64,000 nt of DNA from the human T2T-CHM13v2.0 reference genome, Homo sapiens. Positions 14,338 to 27,358 of the stretch are shown piece by piece. The position numbers were made by a program, and so were the translations under genes. Numbering within the stretch: position 1 is the stretch's first letter; each line of letters opens with the position of its first letter. The notes beneath the pieces were generated by a model, which was given only the letters and a program-made list of their open reading frames with translations, had not been told where the DNA came from and did not search any database. The stretch lies in assembly GCF_009914755.1 (NCBI RefSeq), contig NC_060927.1; one strand, given 5' to 3'.

Positions 14338-16990
14338 GTAGGACCCAAAGCACGTCAGGACTCCCCCCTGACCCATCGTTATACAGAGATCTGTAGACAT
14401 TTTCCTGCTAGAAGTGGTACTCTATTAAAGAGCATTGCCCAGAATTGCTTGATACTTTCCCCTTAGTAAGATGAGCAGGGTGTGTAGCTGTTACATCACA
14501 GGCAGCTCAAACAACGTTACAGCTGTCGGAGGACACGTGTTAAGTACTTAAAGGGACACAGTTAAATGCCCCATCACAAAGGTGATTCATAGAAATCACT
14601 GAGAATTAAGGCAATTAAGGTGTGGTCCAGATAGTATTCTTGAGACCCAAGCTTCCAGCTACTCTTTGGGAATTGAAATGTGTATTTCGTTTTTCTTTTC
14701 ACTCAGAGAAATAATGACCTAAAATATAAAGTTCTAATTCTTCAGGGACTGTCTTAAGAAGAAGAGAGAGTAGATTGAGTAATTTTGAACTAATCACTTG
14801 CTACTAGACTTAATGGATGCTTATCAGATGAAGAGTTTTATATAATTCACAATAGACCTGAAGGACTGACCCTGCCACAGATATTACCCAAAATAGAGGG
14901 TTTAATCTCAGAGTTTACTTTTCTCATCTGCAACAGAGAAGGCTTGAAGCTTCATTGCTAAAAGAAGGGTTATTTCTAAATAAAGTCATGGCCTACACAG
15001 ATGTCCTACAAGGTATTTTATTTTCATTTTTATTTTCAATTAAACACGGTTCATCTGTGATATTAAGTGTGAACAGCTGTGTCTATGCAGGCACCATAAA
15101 GATAAAAGATCTCATTTTAACTTGAACTCTGGTAAAGGTGCTATTAAACAGCCATAATATTAATTCATAAAAGAATATAACAACCTTTTATTGCATTATT
15201 CTCCCACCCCATTGGTAAATTAACATTTGCAGACATTCAAACAGATGTCTTAAATATACATCATTATTAACATGAAAATGTGGTATTTTTATAAATTAAA
15301 CTCAGATTCTGGAGTGCTCGGGAGAGATCCTGACTCACAACTCTTTTTCTAATAAGAACACTCAATCTTGCCACCAAACTAAGTAATCCTCCCACACACT
15401 GGGCAGGGGTGTCTGGGTTGAACTTCATTTGAAATGACATAGGATTTTTTAAAATTTTTCACAAAGTTTCATGGTTTAAAGATTCAGAGCAGCATTTGCA
15501 CTGCCTCCAAAGCTTCTTCTTAAAGGAAACTGTTGCTCTGTCATTTAGGAAGGGATTGAATTACTGTTTGCTAATGTTGAACCCTTGTAAAAATAATTAA
15601 TTGCAAAATTGGTTTATGTTTCTATTTGCCTTATATTTATAATCTAATTAGTTAATTAAGGCAAGAGAGCTAGGCCACATCTTAACCTATGTTCATAATG
15701 CAAAATAATAAAAAAATATACATCCAACTGCTCATCTCTAACCCAGCATAAAGGATAGTGAGTCAATAAAGAAGTTTTTAACAAAAATTTGCCCAAAGTT
15801 TCAGAATTTGCCCCAGAGCCTATATCTTCATATTTACTGACATTTCCCAAATTCTCCCTTTCCTGCTTTTTACTTTTTTATTAGGGCTTTCTTCTGCATA
15901 TGTTTAATACCTTGCATCCACTCGTATAGTAGTGTAAAATGGGGAAAGAGCACTAGGTAAGAATTCTAAAACCCAGCTCTGCTGTTTATCAGAGATATAT
16001 TATAGTAATTGAGAAGATCTTTTAAGCCATACCAAACCAAGGTTTATTTCTCTGTGGAATGCAAGAGCCTAACTCACTGCCTTGCCCACCTCACAGGTGT
16101 TAGAACCAACAGAAATACTGTATTAGAGACCCACTTTGTAAACTCCACAAGGGTAGGTGACTGTTATGATTGCACAGTTGAGTTTCTCTGATCCTTAAAC
16201 ATTGATAAACTGAGTTTCTTCCCAGTCCTGCCTGACCGAGTAGGAAATATGAATCTATTTTCTGTTTCCGTGAACTGGGCTGGGCTTTCTCCTTATCCTC
16301 ATAATTCTTCAGAAACAGAACTTGTTAATTCTCTACTGGAAATCAGGCTAAGAGCAAACACCCAGGCCGGGCCTTTTTGGTCAACATTTGGTTAAGCTAA
16401 CACTTTCTATAATCTTCCATCATTTCTCTTTCTGTTGCAAGCACAGTGTAATTCAATTTAAAGATAGAGTCCTGTAGGACATAGATCAGGGGATCTATGG
16501 ACCTTCTGACATATTTTAAGAAATGAAACAGTTGAAATTAAAGTCATTTCATTTTCAATAACATAAGCACAAATAATTGTGTTTTCATCCTAAAGGTTAG
16601 TCTCCTGTATTGGGCGTTCAGCATGGATGTTGCCTTTTTCTGACCTCAAGACAACTATCCAACTTTCCCTGTGTCCTTCACGATGCAACCACTAAAGCTC
16701 TACTGAAGTCTCTAATTCTGAGAAGGCACCTTAAAAATGTAAGTTGCTGTCCTGACTTCTCTTTTCAGTGTTGTCACTAACTTCCTTGACACTCCCACCC
16801 TTCTCCTGTTTTCCATTGATGTTCTTACTTTTATCACATAGCATTCTAGCATGGGAAGATATCCCATGGTAAAAAAGAATATTTCACAAGCGTATAATTA
16901 TCTTATTGAATGCCAAGAAGTAATAGTAAGAACACTGTGTGTTTGAAAAGCATATCTGAATTGCTTTTACTTTAATTTTCTCCCTCATAG

Positions 16991-17175
16991 AATGCAGGCC
17001 AGGCCTGTATGGACCAAACTGTGCTCTCCAGTGTCAGTGTGGTTACATAGCTCACTGCAGCCCTCTCAATGGGAGCTGCACCTGCCTTTTTAAGACAGTG
17101 GACCCAACCTGTGAGGAAAGTGGTTCAGATGATCCTCAATATCCAAATACTAACAGCTTTTCAATTGGTGAATAG
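16991..17175 (+). pseudogene. Pseudo-exon D, probable last coding exon
   Basis: Acceptor ttttctccctcatag. Reads CRPGLYGPNCALQCQCGYIAHCSPLNGSCTCLFKTVDPTCEESGSDDPQYPNTNSFSIGE then TAG at 17173-17175. All 8 Cys are kept. Confidence 0.88.
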
Positions 17176-17961
17176 AATTTTGCAGACTTTCATCCACGGT
17201 TTATCATTTTAACTTTGACAGAGAAATGTACTTACTCAGCCATCTTCAGCCCATCCCGACCTGTTGTGGGGTAAATAACAGGATGTCTCAACTTTGTCAT
17301 CTCCAAGCACAAGTCTCATTCTCTAGCCTAGCCTTCCCAGTGGTTTTTTTGCTGAAGAATATAGCCAATAATAAGAGAATGTTATTTCAGGATCCCAATC
17401 TTAGTAATGTTTGGACTAATAAGTGGACCTTTTTTATATGCACAGAAGGTATTTAAATTTGGATGGAAGAACTGCTTTTCAGTTCAGGTTGGACTACACT
17501 GAAATATTCACACCTATTCACTGAAGACTTCAGTGGCCATGAAATAGCTGGATCCTCTTTAGAAATATCTAGAATTTCATCTATTTATTCTCAGGATCCT
17601 TCTTCATAACAAACTCTGCTCCGGATTGCTAATGTATTGTTTTTCAAACATGACTTTGGTGTGGGAGACTATAAAGACTTTAGCCACCTAATGACGTGCA
17701 CTTTCATAGTGAAACATCAAAATGTTTAGTGTGTTTTCTCCATCACTGGCCAGCAGAAAGGAAAAAACTGGGTAGCAGTGACCGAGGCCAGGGCTTAGCC
17801 TACTCTGGGGGACACAAATTTCCTATAAATCAGGACCTACTTGTAATCAGTCTTTTAATTCACAGTGGTAATCTTGATTCAAATTGTTCATCATTTAGGA
17901 CAACTATATAGCCATTTATGAACCTAAGATGAGTACTGTGATAAGCCAAGAAAGATACAGC

Positions 17962-17967
17962 AATAAA
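17962..17967 (+). terminator. Candidate poly(A) signal for the pseudogene
   Basis: First AATAAA I could find after the exon D stop (~790 nt downstream), followed by T-rich sequence. The motif is common in AT-rich DNA. Confidence 0.2.
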
Positions 17968-18383
17968 TACTATTTTATTTTTGCTCTCAAGTAGTTTATA
18001 AGCACTTAAATTTTTCAGACCACTGGTTAATTCACATCAGCAAACAAAACTTTCTTGATTGGAAATGTTGTTTCTCATGTTACCCATGCTTTATTGGGAT
18101 AAAAATAGAGAATATTACAATTATATGACTGAATATTTGATTTATACAAGATGTATGAGTGGCTTTTAAATCAAAACAGATTTAGGATAGAATTGACTGA
18201 AGGATTTATAAAAATACTTTTATCAATTCAGTACAGTTTCTCATCTTAATGATTATCTTTCTAAATCTCAGCACTTTTAACAGAGCAGAGATATAGCTAC
18301 CTATAATGACCAGCCATGTCAAGCTTAATGTTATTAAATGATATAAGGGAGTTAATGAGATCACTTTCCAAAAAATGTTGTAC

Positions 18384-18714
18384 TTTTTATTTTATTTTTT
18401 ATTTATTTTATTTTATTTTTTTTTTTGAGACGGAAGCTCACTCTGTCGCCCAGGCTGGAGTGCAGTGGCGGGATCTCGGGATCTCGGCTCACTGCGAGCT
18501 CCGCCTCCCCGGTTAACGCCATTCTCCTGCCTCAGCCTCCCAAGTAGCTGGGACTACAGGCACGTGCCACCATGTTCGCCTAATTTTTTGTATTTTTAGT
18601 AGAGATGGGGTTTCACCTTGTTAGCCAGGATGGGCTCAGTCTCCTGACCTCGTGATCCACCCGCCTCGGCCTCCCAAAGTGCTGGGATTACAGGTGTGAG
18701 CCACCGCGCCCGGC
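18384..18714 (-). mobile_element. AluY inserted into the tail of an older Alu
   Basis: AluY-type motifs cgccattctcctgcc and ttagccaggatgg; TSD tactttttatttt. Confidence 0.93.
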
Positions 18715-18719
18715 GTATA

Positions 18720-19017
18720 CTTTTTATTTTCTTAGGGATAGAGTCTCCCTTTGTTGCCCAGACTTGGGTGCAGTGGCATGATCCTAGCTCACTGCAACCT
18801 CAGACTCTTGGGCACAAGGAATCCTCCCACCTCAGCCCCCTCAAGTAGCTGGAACTACAGACATGCACTACCATGCCCATCTGATTTTAAAAAATTTGTA
18901 GAAACGAAGGTCTCACTATGTCACCCAGGCTGGCCTTGAACTCCAGGCCTCAAATTATCCTCCTGCCTCAACCTTCCAAAGCACTGAGATTACACATGTG
19001 AGCCACCACTCCTGGCT
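18720..19017 (-). mobile_element. AluJ SINE
   Basis: Diverged antisense dimeric Alu. Confidence 0.9.
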
Positions 19018-22000
19018 TCTCCAAGAGATTATTAATTTAGTTTAGTCTTAAATGAGATAAAATAAATTACCTTTTTTCTCCAGTATTTGGAATTAAAGAT
19101 TTACATTTCAGTGCATTTTAACCATTTAAATCAGTCATTAATAATCTGTTATTTCAAATCAGCTGAAAACTATTCTTTATTCTGAACGTTTGCCCATTTT
19201 CTTTACCTGCTATTGTTGTAGTTTCTCTCAACTATCACCATCTAACCTTCAAAGAGAATAAAGTAAATAAAAGCAGCATTCTCTCTTGGGCTGCCAGCCC
19301 CCTCTGGATTTTCTTTATTTCATGACTGTTAAAAAATTATGGCTACAAACAGGGAAAAGGGAAAGAAATCAGGCTTTTCTTCCTCAGTAGAGACCGTATT
19401 TCTATTCAGGCAGATGAGAAAAATCTAGATTTGATAGGAATAAAAATAAGGGATTTATTTTGACTATTCTTTTTGATTTTATATTACTTAACTTTTTATA
19501 AGTGAGAAACCATATGTAAAATGTTAAACAAGTTTCTTGGCAAATGGCAGATGTTTCATATATTATCTCCTTTCATCCCCTTTCCACCCAACACTAAAAC
19601 AAATTGTAGGACCGGGAAAGCAAAGTCAGAGCATGAACCTGTATTTGTGCCATCCCAGGACCCTTTAGACAAATTGAATTTTCATTCTTATACCAGTCAG
19701 CATGAACAAGTGCAATTTACTGTAGCCCCTTTTCTGTATAAAAATTTTTATAAGTTGTCTTTCATATTAAAAAATAAAAATGAGAAAATGTTTAAAATCT
19801 AGAATATTTCCATTGTACTTTTGGTTATCTTGAAAAATCTTGATAAGCAATGCAGAGTGATCTCTCCTAAAAATACCTCAGTTCTGCTTAAGAACACTAG
19901 CAGATATCCTGAATATTATTATATGCAATATTTCATGCATAAACCAACATATAATAAACATTAATCTTAATTCTACAGCTGGAAAATTATGAAATATAGT
20001 TTCCTTGAAAATTTATATAATAGAATTTAAAATTTTATTTTTTGTAACTGCCACATTGAAACTGCTTCAAATTAAGAAAACAGTGTACAAAGACCTCACC
20101 TTTTTTAAACAAATAAATAAAGGTTGCTGTTCACTTTGGCAGTACATAAGCATTTACCTGAGGTTTTTACATGTAAACCACTATTCAGGTACAGTGAAGT
20201 ATGATTTGGCTGCCGAGAAATAATTTGCACAAAATGTTAAAGAATCCAACTATTAAGTGAAGTATAATCTAATAGGCATGTCCTCTTTAAGCTAAAGTTT
20301 AATGTAAAATTGGAATCCTTGTCATTGGATACAAATATTTTATATATTACTCCTCTACTTTTTCTCCCTGTTTAATCTGTCCTTTAAATGTAAAAATGCT
20401 GATCTCCAAAGGAAATGTATCCACTCATAATATTTAACCGATCTAGAAAGGCGCATGTGCTATGATGTTTTAGCCTCTTTCATTTGAAATACAAGATCAG
20501 AGTGGGGATTATTATGCTTTTCTGCAATAATATAGCTCAAGTTTAAAGAAAAGTGAGCAGATGTGTGGAAGTATGCTGGCTAATTTGGAGTCTCAATTCA
20601 ACATGCCTGGGATAAACTATTTCACTATGACACCTAACTTTCCCCTACTCTTTCTAACTTCTACATTCGTTTATTGAGTTTTCCAGATGAGACAGCTACT
20701 TGACACAGGTTAAATTACTTTCAGAGAACTTGGAAATCATTCCAAGAGTTAGTGGCAAGAATGGCATTTCCTTTGTTAGAAATAGCAAAGAGGGTTTGGC
20801 CTCTCCTGGGCCTCTTTCACCTTGGTTTCTCTAGGACCTGGTAATACAGATGTAGCAAGAATTTAAAAGAGCATTTGATGAAGTGAACAAATAATAGCAA
20901 CTGTCTACACTCTAGGAGTTATGTATGCAATTCAGTTGAAATAACTTTTCTTAGGTCTGTAATAGAAAAAAAACAAAAAAGTAGCTGAGCTTTTAAAATA
21001 GATTTAAAAGACATTCCAAAGCTTTGTCTCTTTTAGCTAATTATGTGAAGACTATTTTCCACTTTTCCTGCTTATATTTTACTTTTTCTAAATAAAAAAA
21101 CTTAAATATAAATAAAGTCTAAGATATGCATTTAAAAGTGATAGATGCCTCTTTTATGTTCTTCCAAATATTTACAGAGTTTTATCTCTAAATCTTATAT
21201 CAGGATTACATGAAACACCATTTAATAATTCTTCATTTTAATGTTTGTGTGCTAACAGCTCTAATTTTGAAGAATATTAATTCAAATAACATATATTAAC
21301 AAATTAGGTGTTTTTCTTCCAACAGAAGTCTTAAAATATATAAAATGTTTTAATATTAATGCCTCCACTTAAAAAAGATATAAGAAAATGTATTAAATAT
21401 AATTTTTTTGCCGAGACTTCATGAGAAAAATTCAGCAATAGTTCAACAGACAAAACGATTCAGAACTGGATGTTTAGTGCTTAAGTGTTGACAATATTGG
21501 TCTCTTGAAACATAGAGTATTGGCTTGTGAATAAAATTCCATATGTGAGATTTGGATGAATTTGGGAGAGAGCATTCAACATGTGTTTGATGAATAGTGG
21601 AACCCGTGATGGATTAGATATCTAAATGGTCAATTGGTAATATTTCAAATAGTTTATTAATTGAAAAATGCCTTCATTCATGTCAATTTTCAACCATTGT
21701 CTACAAAGAAATTTTCTGCATTTTAACTCTACCTTGAATTCACTAAATAATTTTAAAATTTGTAGTGCCTACTATACTAGGTACTGTTTTAGGCATGAAA
21801 AAAGTAGTAGTGAACAAGAAGGATGTGTTCTCTGCCCTCATAAACTTCCAGTCAAGAGACTATGATAGCCAACAAGGGCAATGTTTTTAAATATCTCTAG
21901 CTGTGCAGTCAGTTTTATAGTTCATCAATCCTTTTATAGTTCATTAATCCTTTCCTAAGTGTATTTCTCACAAATTTGTTAATTCTCCAATGTTAATGCA

Positions 22001-24524
22001 CATTTCGATAAATCAAATATATTTTACCTAACCTTAAATTCATGTAGCAGGTTTTACTCTTAGTGCTGTGATAGGAATTAAATTAAAAAAAAAAACTCAT
22101 GAAATACCATTTCACATTTATAGAAAGCTGTATTATTCTTTGCAATGTAAAAGGAAAGTTCACTTTCAAAGCTGTTGTTGAAGCCCTACTGTTATGAGGA
22201 TTTACGTAGTGGAAGTAGAGAAAAAGAAAATATTCCTCATGTTCTGACAACTGTTGCATCCTTTTCAGCATCCATTATGCCTTCTCTTTTAATGGAGATG
22301 AATGTTTCCTAATGATAGAGGAGAGTTTTTAGGCATTTTTTGAAATCTGATTTTATTACTAGGCAAGTAATTCTGACAAACATTAACAAAATCTTGCCTC
22401 TTTAGTGGGGTTTCAAAACAAGATTAGATTTTTTAAAATTAAGGTAAAATGAACATAACATAAAAGATACCATCTTAACCATTTTTAAGTGTACAGTTCA
22501 GTGACATTAAGTGTATTACATTGTTGTGCTATATTCACCAAGGGTTATTTCTTTTAATACAGGAAAAACTTCTTGATGACATTTGAGTAACATGTAGGGT
22601 TCTCAGGCTGAAGTTGCTGGTCTACTTGAATAACATAGTTGTGTACTGCCTGCACTCCTGAAATTTTTCACACTAAAAATTTAATTATTTGAAAACATAC
22701 TTTCTGTACATTTATTTTTATTTACTAGGCATTTTTGCAACAAAGACATGCTACACATTTAAGTAGAGTTATACTTTTACTGGGGACCAGAAGAGCAGTC
22801 ATTTTTACTGAGCATATCGTAGTCGCAGCTCATAACTTTATCATGTTTTTGAACATACTAAAACATAAAACATCAGTACATCATTATGCTCTATGAAATA
22901 AAAATTGAATTAATAATTCTATTTTTAACAACCATCATGCATTTCCCAGATTTTTGCCATTTTCCTAAATATCTGCTCCCTGGGGTCCACTCTGGGCCTA
23001 AGGCAGTCATGGTACCAAGACCTTGAGGCCTCGAGCAGTGTTTCCTGATGAGTATTTGATGGAGTTACAAATTTACAAATTAATAGTATTCTGTAAAGTA
23101 GAACCAGGGAAAGGGGGTAGAATTGGTTGGATTTTATACTTGGTAACGCCATAACTAGGAAACTCTGGATTAAATAGAACTAAATAGTATACTTTATTGC
23201 AGTACTTGTTGGGAACCCAATATGTTGTGATTTGTGAATTTCTAGGAGGAAGACAGAGTACATAAAGAATTTCAAATAAAGAATTTCAAATTGTTTAGGC
23301 GTTCCTTTTTGTGAGGAATGTTTTGGAAAAACTAGTGTCTCAGGGAAAAGTTTTTGTGAAAAACAGAGATAAGTATCTACTTAAGTGAGCCCTCAGAAGC
23401 ATCCTTGGTCTGGATGCCCTGATCACACATTTTCATGGTGTTTTTAGTCATTGCCTGAGAGAATTCTAAGGCCTATATTACTTTATAGTTTCCCATGAAT
23501 CCTCTGTGAGCCAATACACATTTCTCAAAAGGGTCTTTGGAAATACAAATCAAAATGTTGATGAAACTTTTAGAGAACTTTGCCTTTCTTGCCTGTCCAA
23601 TTAATATGAGAAATTAATTTTTAAAACATTAAGGACAATTAGGAAGATGTAAAATACATTGTGTTCTTTTAAAATTGAATTTTGTAAAAGTTATATAGGA
23701 ATAAGTGTTGAAAAATAAAAGACCAAAATTTTGCTAACACCTGGGCATTTTATAGAAGCTTTACATACCCTATTTTGAATAACCCATGGGGTTTATATAA
23801 ATGCATCAAAATTCCAAAGACAGAATATTGGGTAGCACATTGGATGAAATCCGTTTTGAGAATCACTAAATGGCTGCTGGCATGCCATGATTGAAGTGTG
23901 AGGATTCTAATAATGCTAGAGTTATCTAAGTATTTTGGCTACTGAATTTTATATTATTTATTAAATAAAATATTGAACATGAACAGACACACACATACAC
24001 ATAGACCTATCTATGAGTTTGGGAGTTTCTCTTAGGATTATATATTTAAGACATCTTCTGTTAAAATGACATTAACATTTCAAGTTTTTACAAATAGATA
24101 TAGATATACTTTAGTAATGAGAAAAATCTTTCTCGCTTACAGATACCTGCAGTTCAACATGGTTTTTATAGACATCTATTTAAATTTTAAAATTGATAAA
24201 TGAGGAAATAAACCTAATCTCAACTTGTCAGGCTAAAATACAGACTCTATTCATACTTTGGAATACTTATCCTAGCTATATTATGTGTTGGATAACCAAA
24301 GAAAACAAAGGGGCAACAATTATGGAGTAGAGAATCTTATATGCTTGCAATCAAAAAAGTGCAGAATTTAAAGAGACTTTAAAGCTTCCCCAGTCTTTTT
24401 GGTTCATAAGCAAGAAAACTGAGACTAATTGGGTCCTATAGTGAAAAAATCACAGAACCAAGACTTTCTCATCTCTTATCTCTGTTTTCTCATGTCTCTC
24501 AGCTTATGTCTTTTGATTATTCTC

Positions 24525-25098
24525 TTTTTGTTTTTTTTTTTTTTTAACTTTTGTTTTAGGTTCAAGGGTACATGTGTAGGTTTGCTACATGGGTAAACTC
24601 GTGTCACAGTGGTTTGTTGTACAGATTGTTTTCTCACCCAGGTACTAACCTGAGTACCCGACAGTTATTTTTTCTGTTCCTCTCCCTCCTCCCACCCTCC
24701 ACCCTCCAGTAGGCCCCAGTCTCTTGTTCCCCTCTTTGTGTCCATGAGTTCTCATCATTTAGCTCCCACTTATGAAAAAAAGCCCAATATCACTGATCAT
24801 TAGATAAATGCAAATCAAAACCACAGTGATATACCATCTCACACCAATCAGAATGGCTAGTATTGAAAAGTCAAAAAATAACAGATGCTGGCAAGATTGC
24901 AGAGAAAAGGGAACACTTATATACTGTTGGTTGTAGCGTAAATTAGTTCAAGCATTGTGGAAAGCAGTGTGGCAATTCCTCAAAGAGCTAAGAACTACCA
25001 TTCGATCAGCAATGCCATTACTGAATATATACCCTAAGGGAGTATAAATCATTCTACCGTAAAGACACATGGATGCGTGTGTTTATTGCAGCACGATT
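24525..25098 (-). mobile_element. 5'-truncated, 5'-inverted L1PA element
   Basis: 24525-24774 is an antisense L1PA 3' UTR with poly-T. 24775-25098 is the ORF2 C-terminus in sense (atgcaaatcaaaaccacagtgatataccatctcacacca). Confidence 0.88.
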
Positions 25099-26424
25099 CC
25101 CCTTTCTAAGATGTGAGACATTCTTTTGGCAAGGAGGGTCAGTGAATCTTACTTTACAGAAATCCCTTTGAATTCCAGCTTTAGTGTTACAGACCTTTCA
25201 AACTTGCGTTGTCACCATTTATATGATTCCACACTGTGTATGGAGAAGTAGTTAAATACAAATATAAGAAATTAAAGCCAATGAGAGATTCAAGGTCCTG
25301 TAATGATTTCATCATCATTTAAGGAAAGTAATTTAAATATTAATGGTTTTCATACCTTGTTTGGCATATGTTATTCAAACTTTATATTTTAAACACTATT
25401 TTGTCAACAGATTTTAAGAATATCTTCAGTTGACACAGCTTAACAATTTCTGTAATGAATGATAAACACAATTCTCAGAATTAATCCACACAAACATGGC
25501 TTTTTTTTTTTTTAAGTTCATTATGTAAGTGCCAAATAAACCTCTGAGAAGCATTATTGGTCAGTACCTCATTTGTAGCCATAAGGAACAGTTGCATTCA
25601 CTTTATTTTTTTTGCTGTTCATTAGTTTAAGAACTCTTGTGATAAGAATCCCATATAATATTAATGAGTTTATTCCCCTTAAATTTGACTAACCAAGTTT
25701 GCTGGCTTATATTTTACTTAATCAAGACATATTCAAGGAAATTTAAGACAATTAAATAATGAATTAAATGAATAATCTGGATATGTGTCCTTCTAAAACA
25801 GTGTTTCTCAAACTTGATTGGGAGATAGAACATCTGAATATCATTATACTCAAGGTGGAACATGAATTATTAAGATATTTAATAATATATGAGCTGGAAT
25901 AAATATTTCTTAGAGAAACTATATTATATGCATATTATATAAAAATCTAAAACATGCATATACAGGACCACAAAATTTTCTTAACTCTTCAGTTAGATAC
26001 AATCACTTTTCTGAGAAATTTCATCAATTCATTGTATATTAATTGGACATTCACTTTGCCAGACTCAATAATTATTTGGGATCAATTGTTTTTTAAAGAA
26101 ACTCTTATTGGTGAAAATGTTAAATAAGAAAATCTAATCAAATGCGAACTTGAAGAAACATTGGTCGTATTCAATTAAGCAATGGAACTCTTTTCCCAAG
26201 TTGCATAGTCTGAGGACTATTAAAGTCTGTATTAGTTTGTTGGTTGAAAGGTAAACATGGCATCTGTTTTTTGATCTATATACATACAAATTTTTAAAAT
26301 AAACGAAAACTTTATGCAATAATGTACTTTTTAAAAATAAACGTGTGTTATATGTATGGCATTCATTTTAAATAGATGTTTTTATAATATGTTTTCTTTG
26401 TGATAATGTATGTGTTAAGAGTTA

Positions 26425-26733
<309 letters not shown>

Positions 26734-27149
26734 TTATAACTGAAACTTTACTATTGGGGTGAATCATCTACACTTGAGAAATCAATAGCCAGCTATTTAC
26801 AAAGGCTAAATAAATCTGCTATTTATTAGATTCCCCATCATTTGATTTGACAATATCAGTTCACTAGGTGACATCATGTTTTTCCACTCTAGTTACCTGA
26901 GAGAACCAGTTAGGACAAATTAATCTTATTGAGAGCTTTTTTTCTTTTTCCTTTGTCATCTTGGTCTATTCTGGCATGAATTTATTGGTATTTTTCTTTT
27001 TCTTTTGGATGTTTTATACTTTTTTTTCTTTTTTCTCTTTTTTCTTCTTCTTCTTTGTAAACCATAGGAATATTTTATATTTTCTAACTCACAGGGTTGG
27101 TACAAAAACCAAATTATTTGCTTGTGAGAGAATACTTCTTAAGCACTAA

Positions 27150-27358
27150 AGCAAGCTTGACCAACCCATGGCCCAGGACAGCTTTGAATGCAGCCCAACA
27201 AAAATCCATAAACCTTAAAACACTGAGATTTTTTGTGTGATTTTTTTTTTTTTTTAGCTCATCAGCTATCATCAGTGTTAGTGTATTTTATATGTGGCCC
27301 AAGACAATTCTTCTTCTTTCAGGGTGGTCCAATTAACCCAAAAGATTGGACGCCCCTG
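27150..27358. mobile_element. MER30 (hAT-Charlie MITE)
   Basis: ggcccaggacagctttgaatgcagcccaac...aaaagattggacgcccctg with a central T run. Confidence 0.85.

Noticed and set aside
21912-23231. Short tandem duplications at ~21912-21952 and ~23202-23231
   Set aside because: Ordinary slippage events of 14-20 bp.
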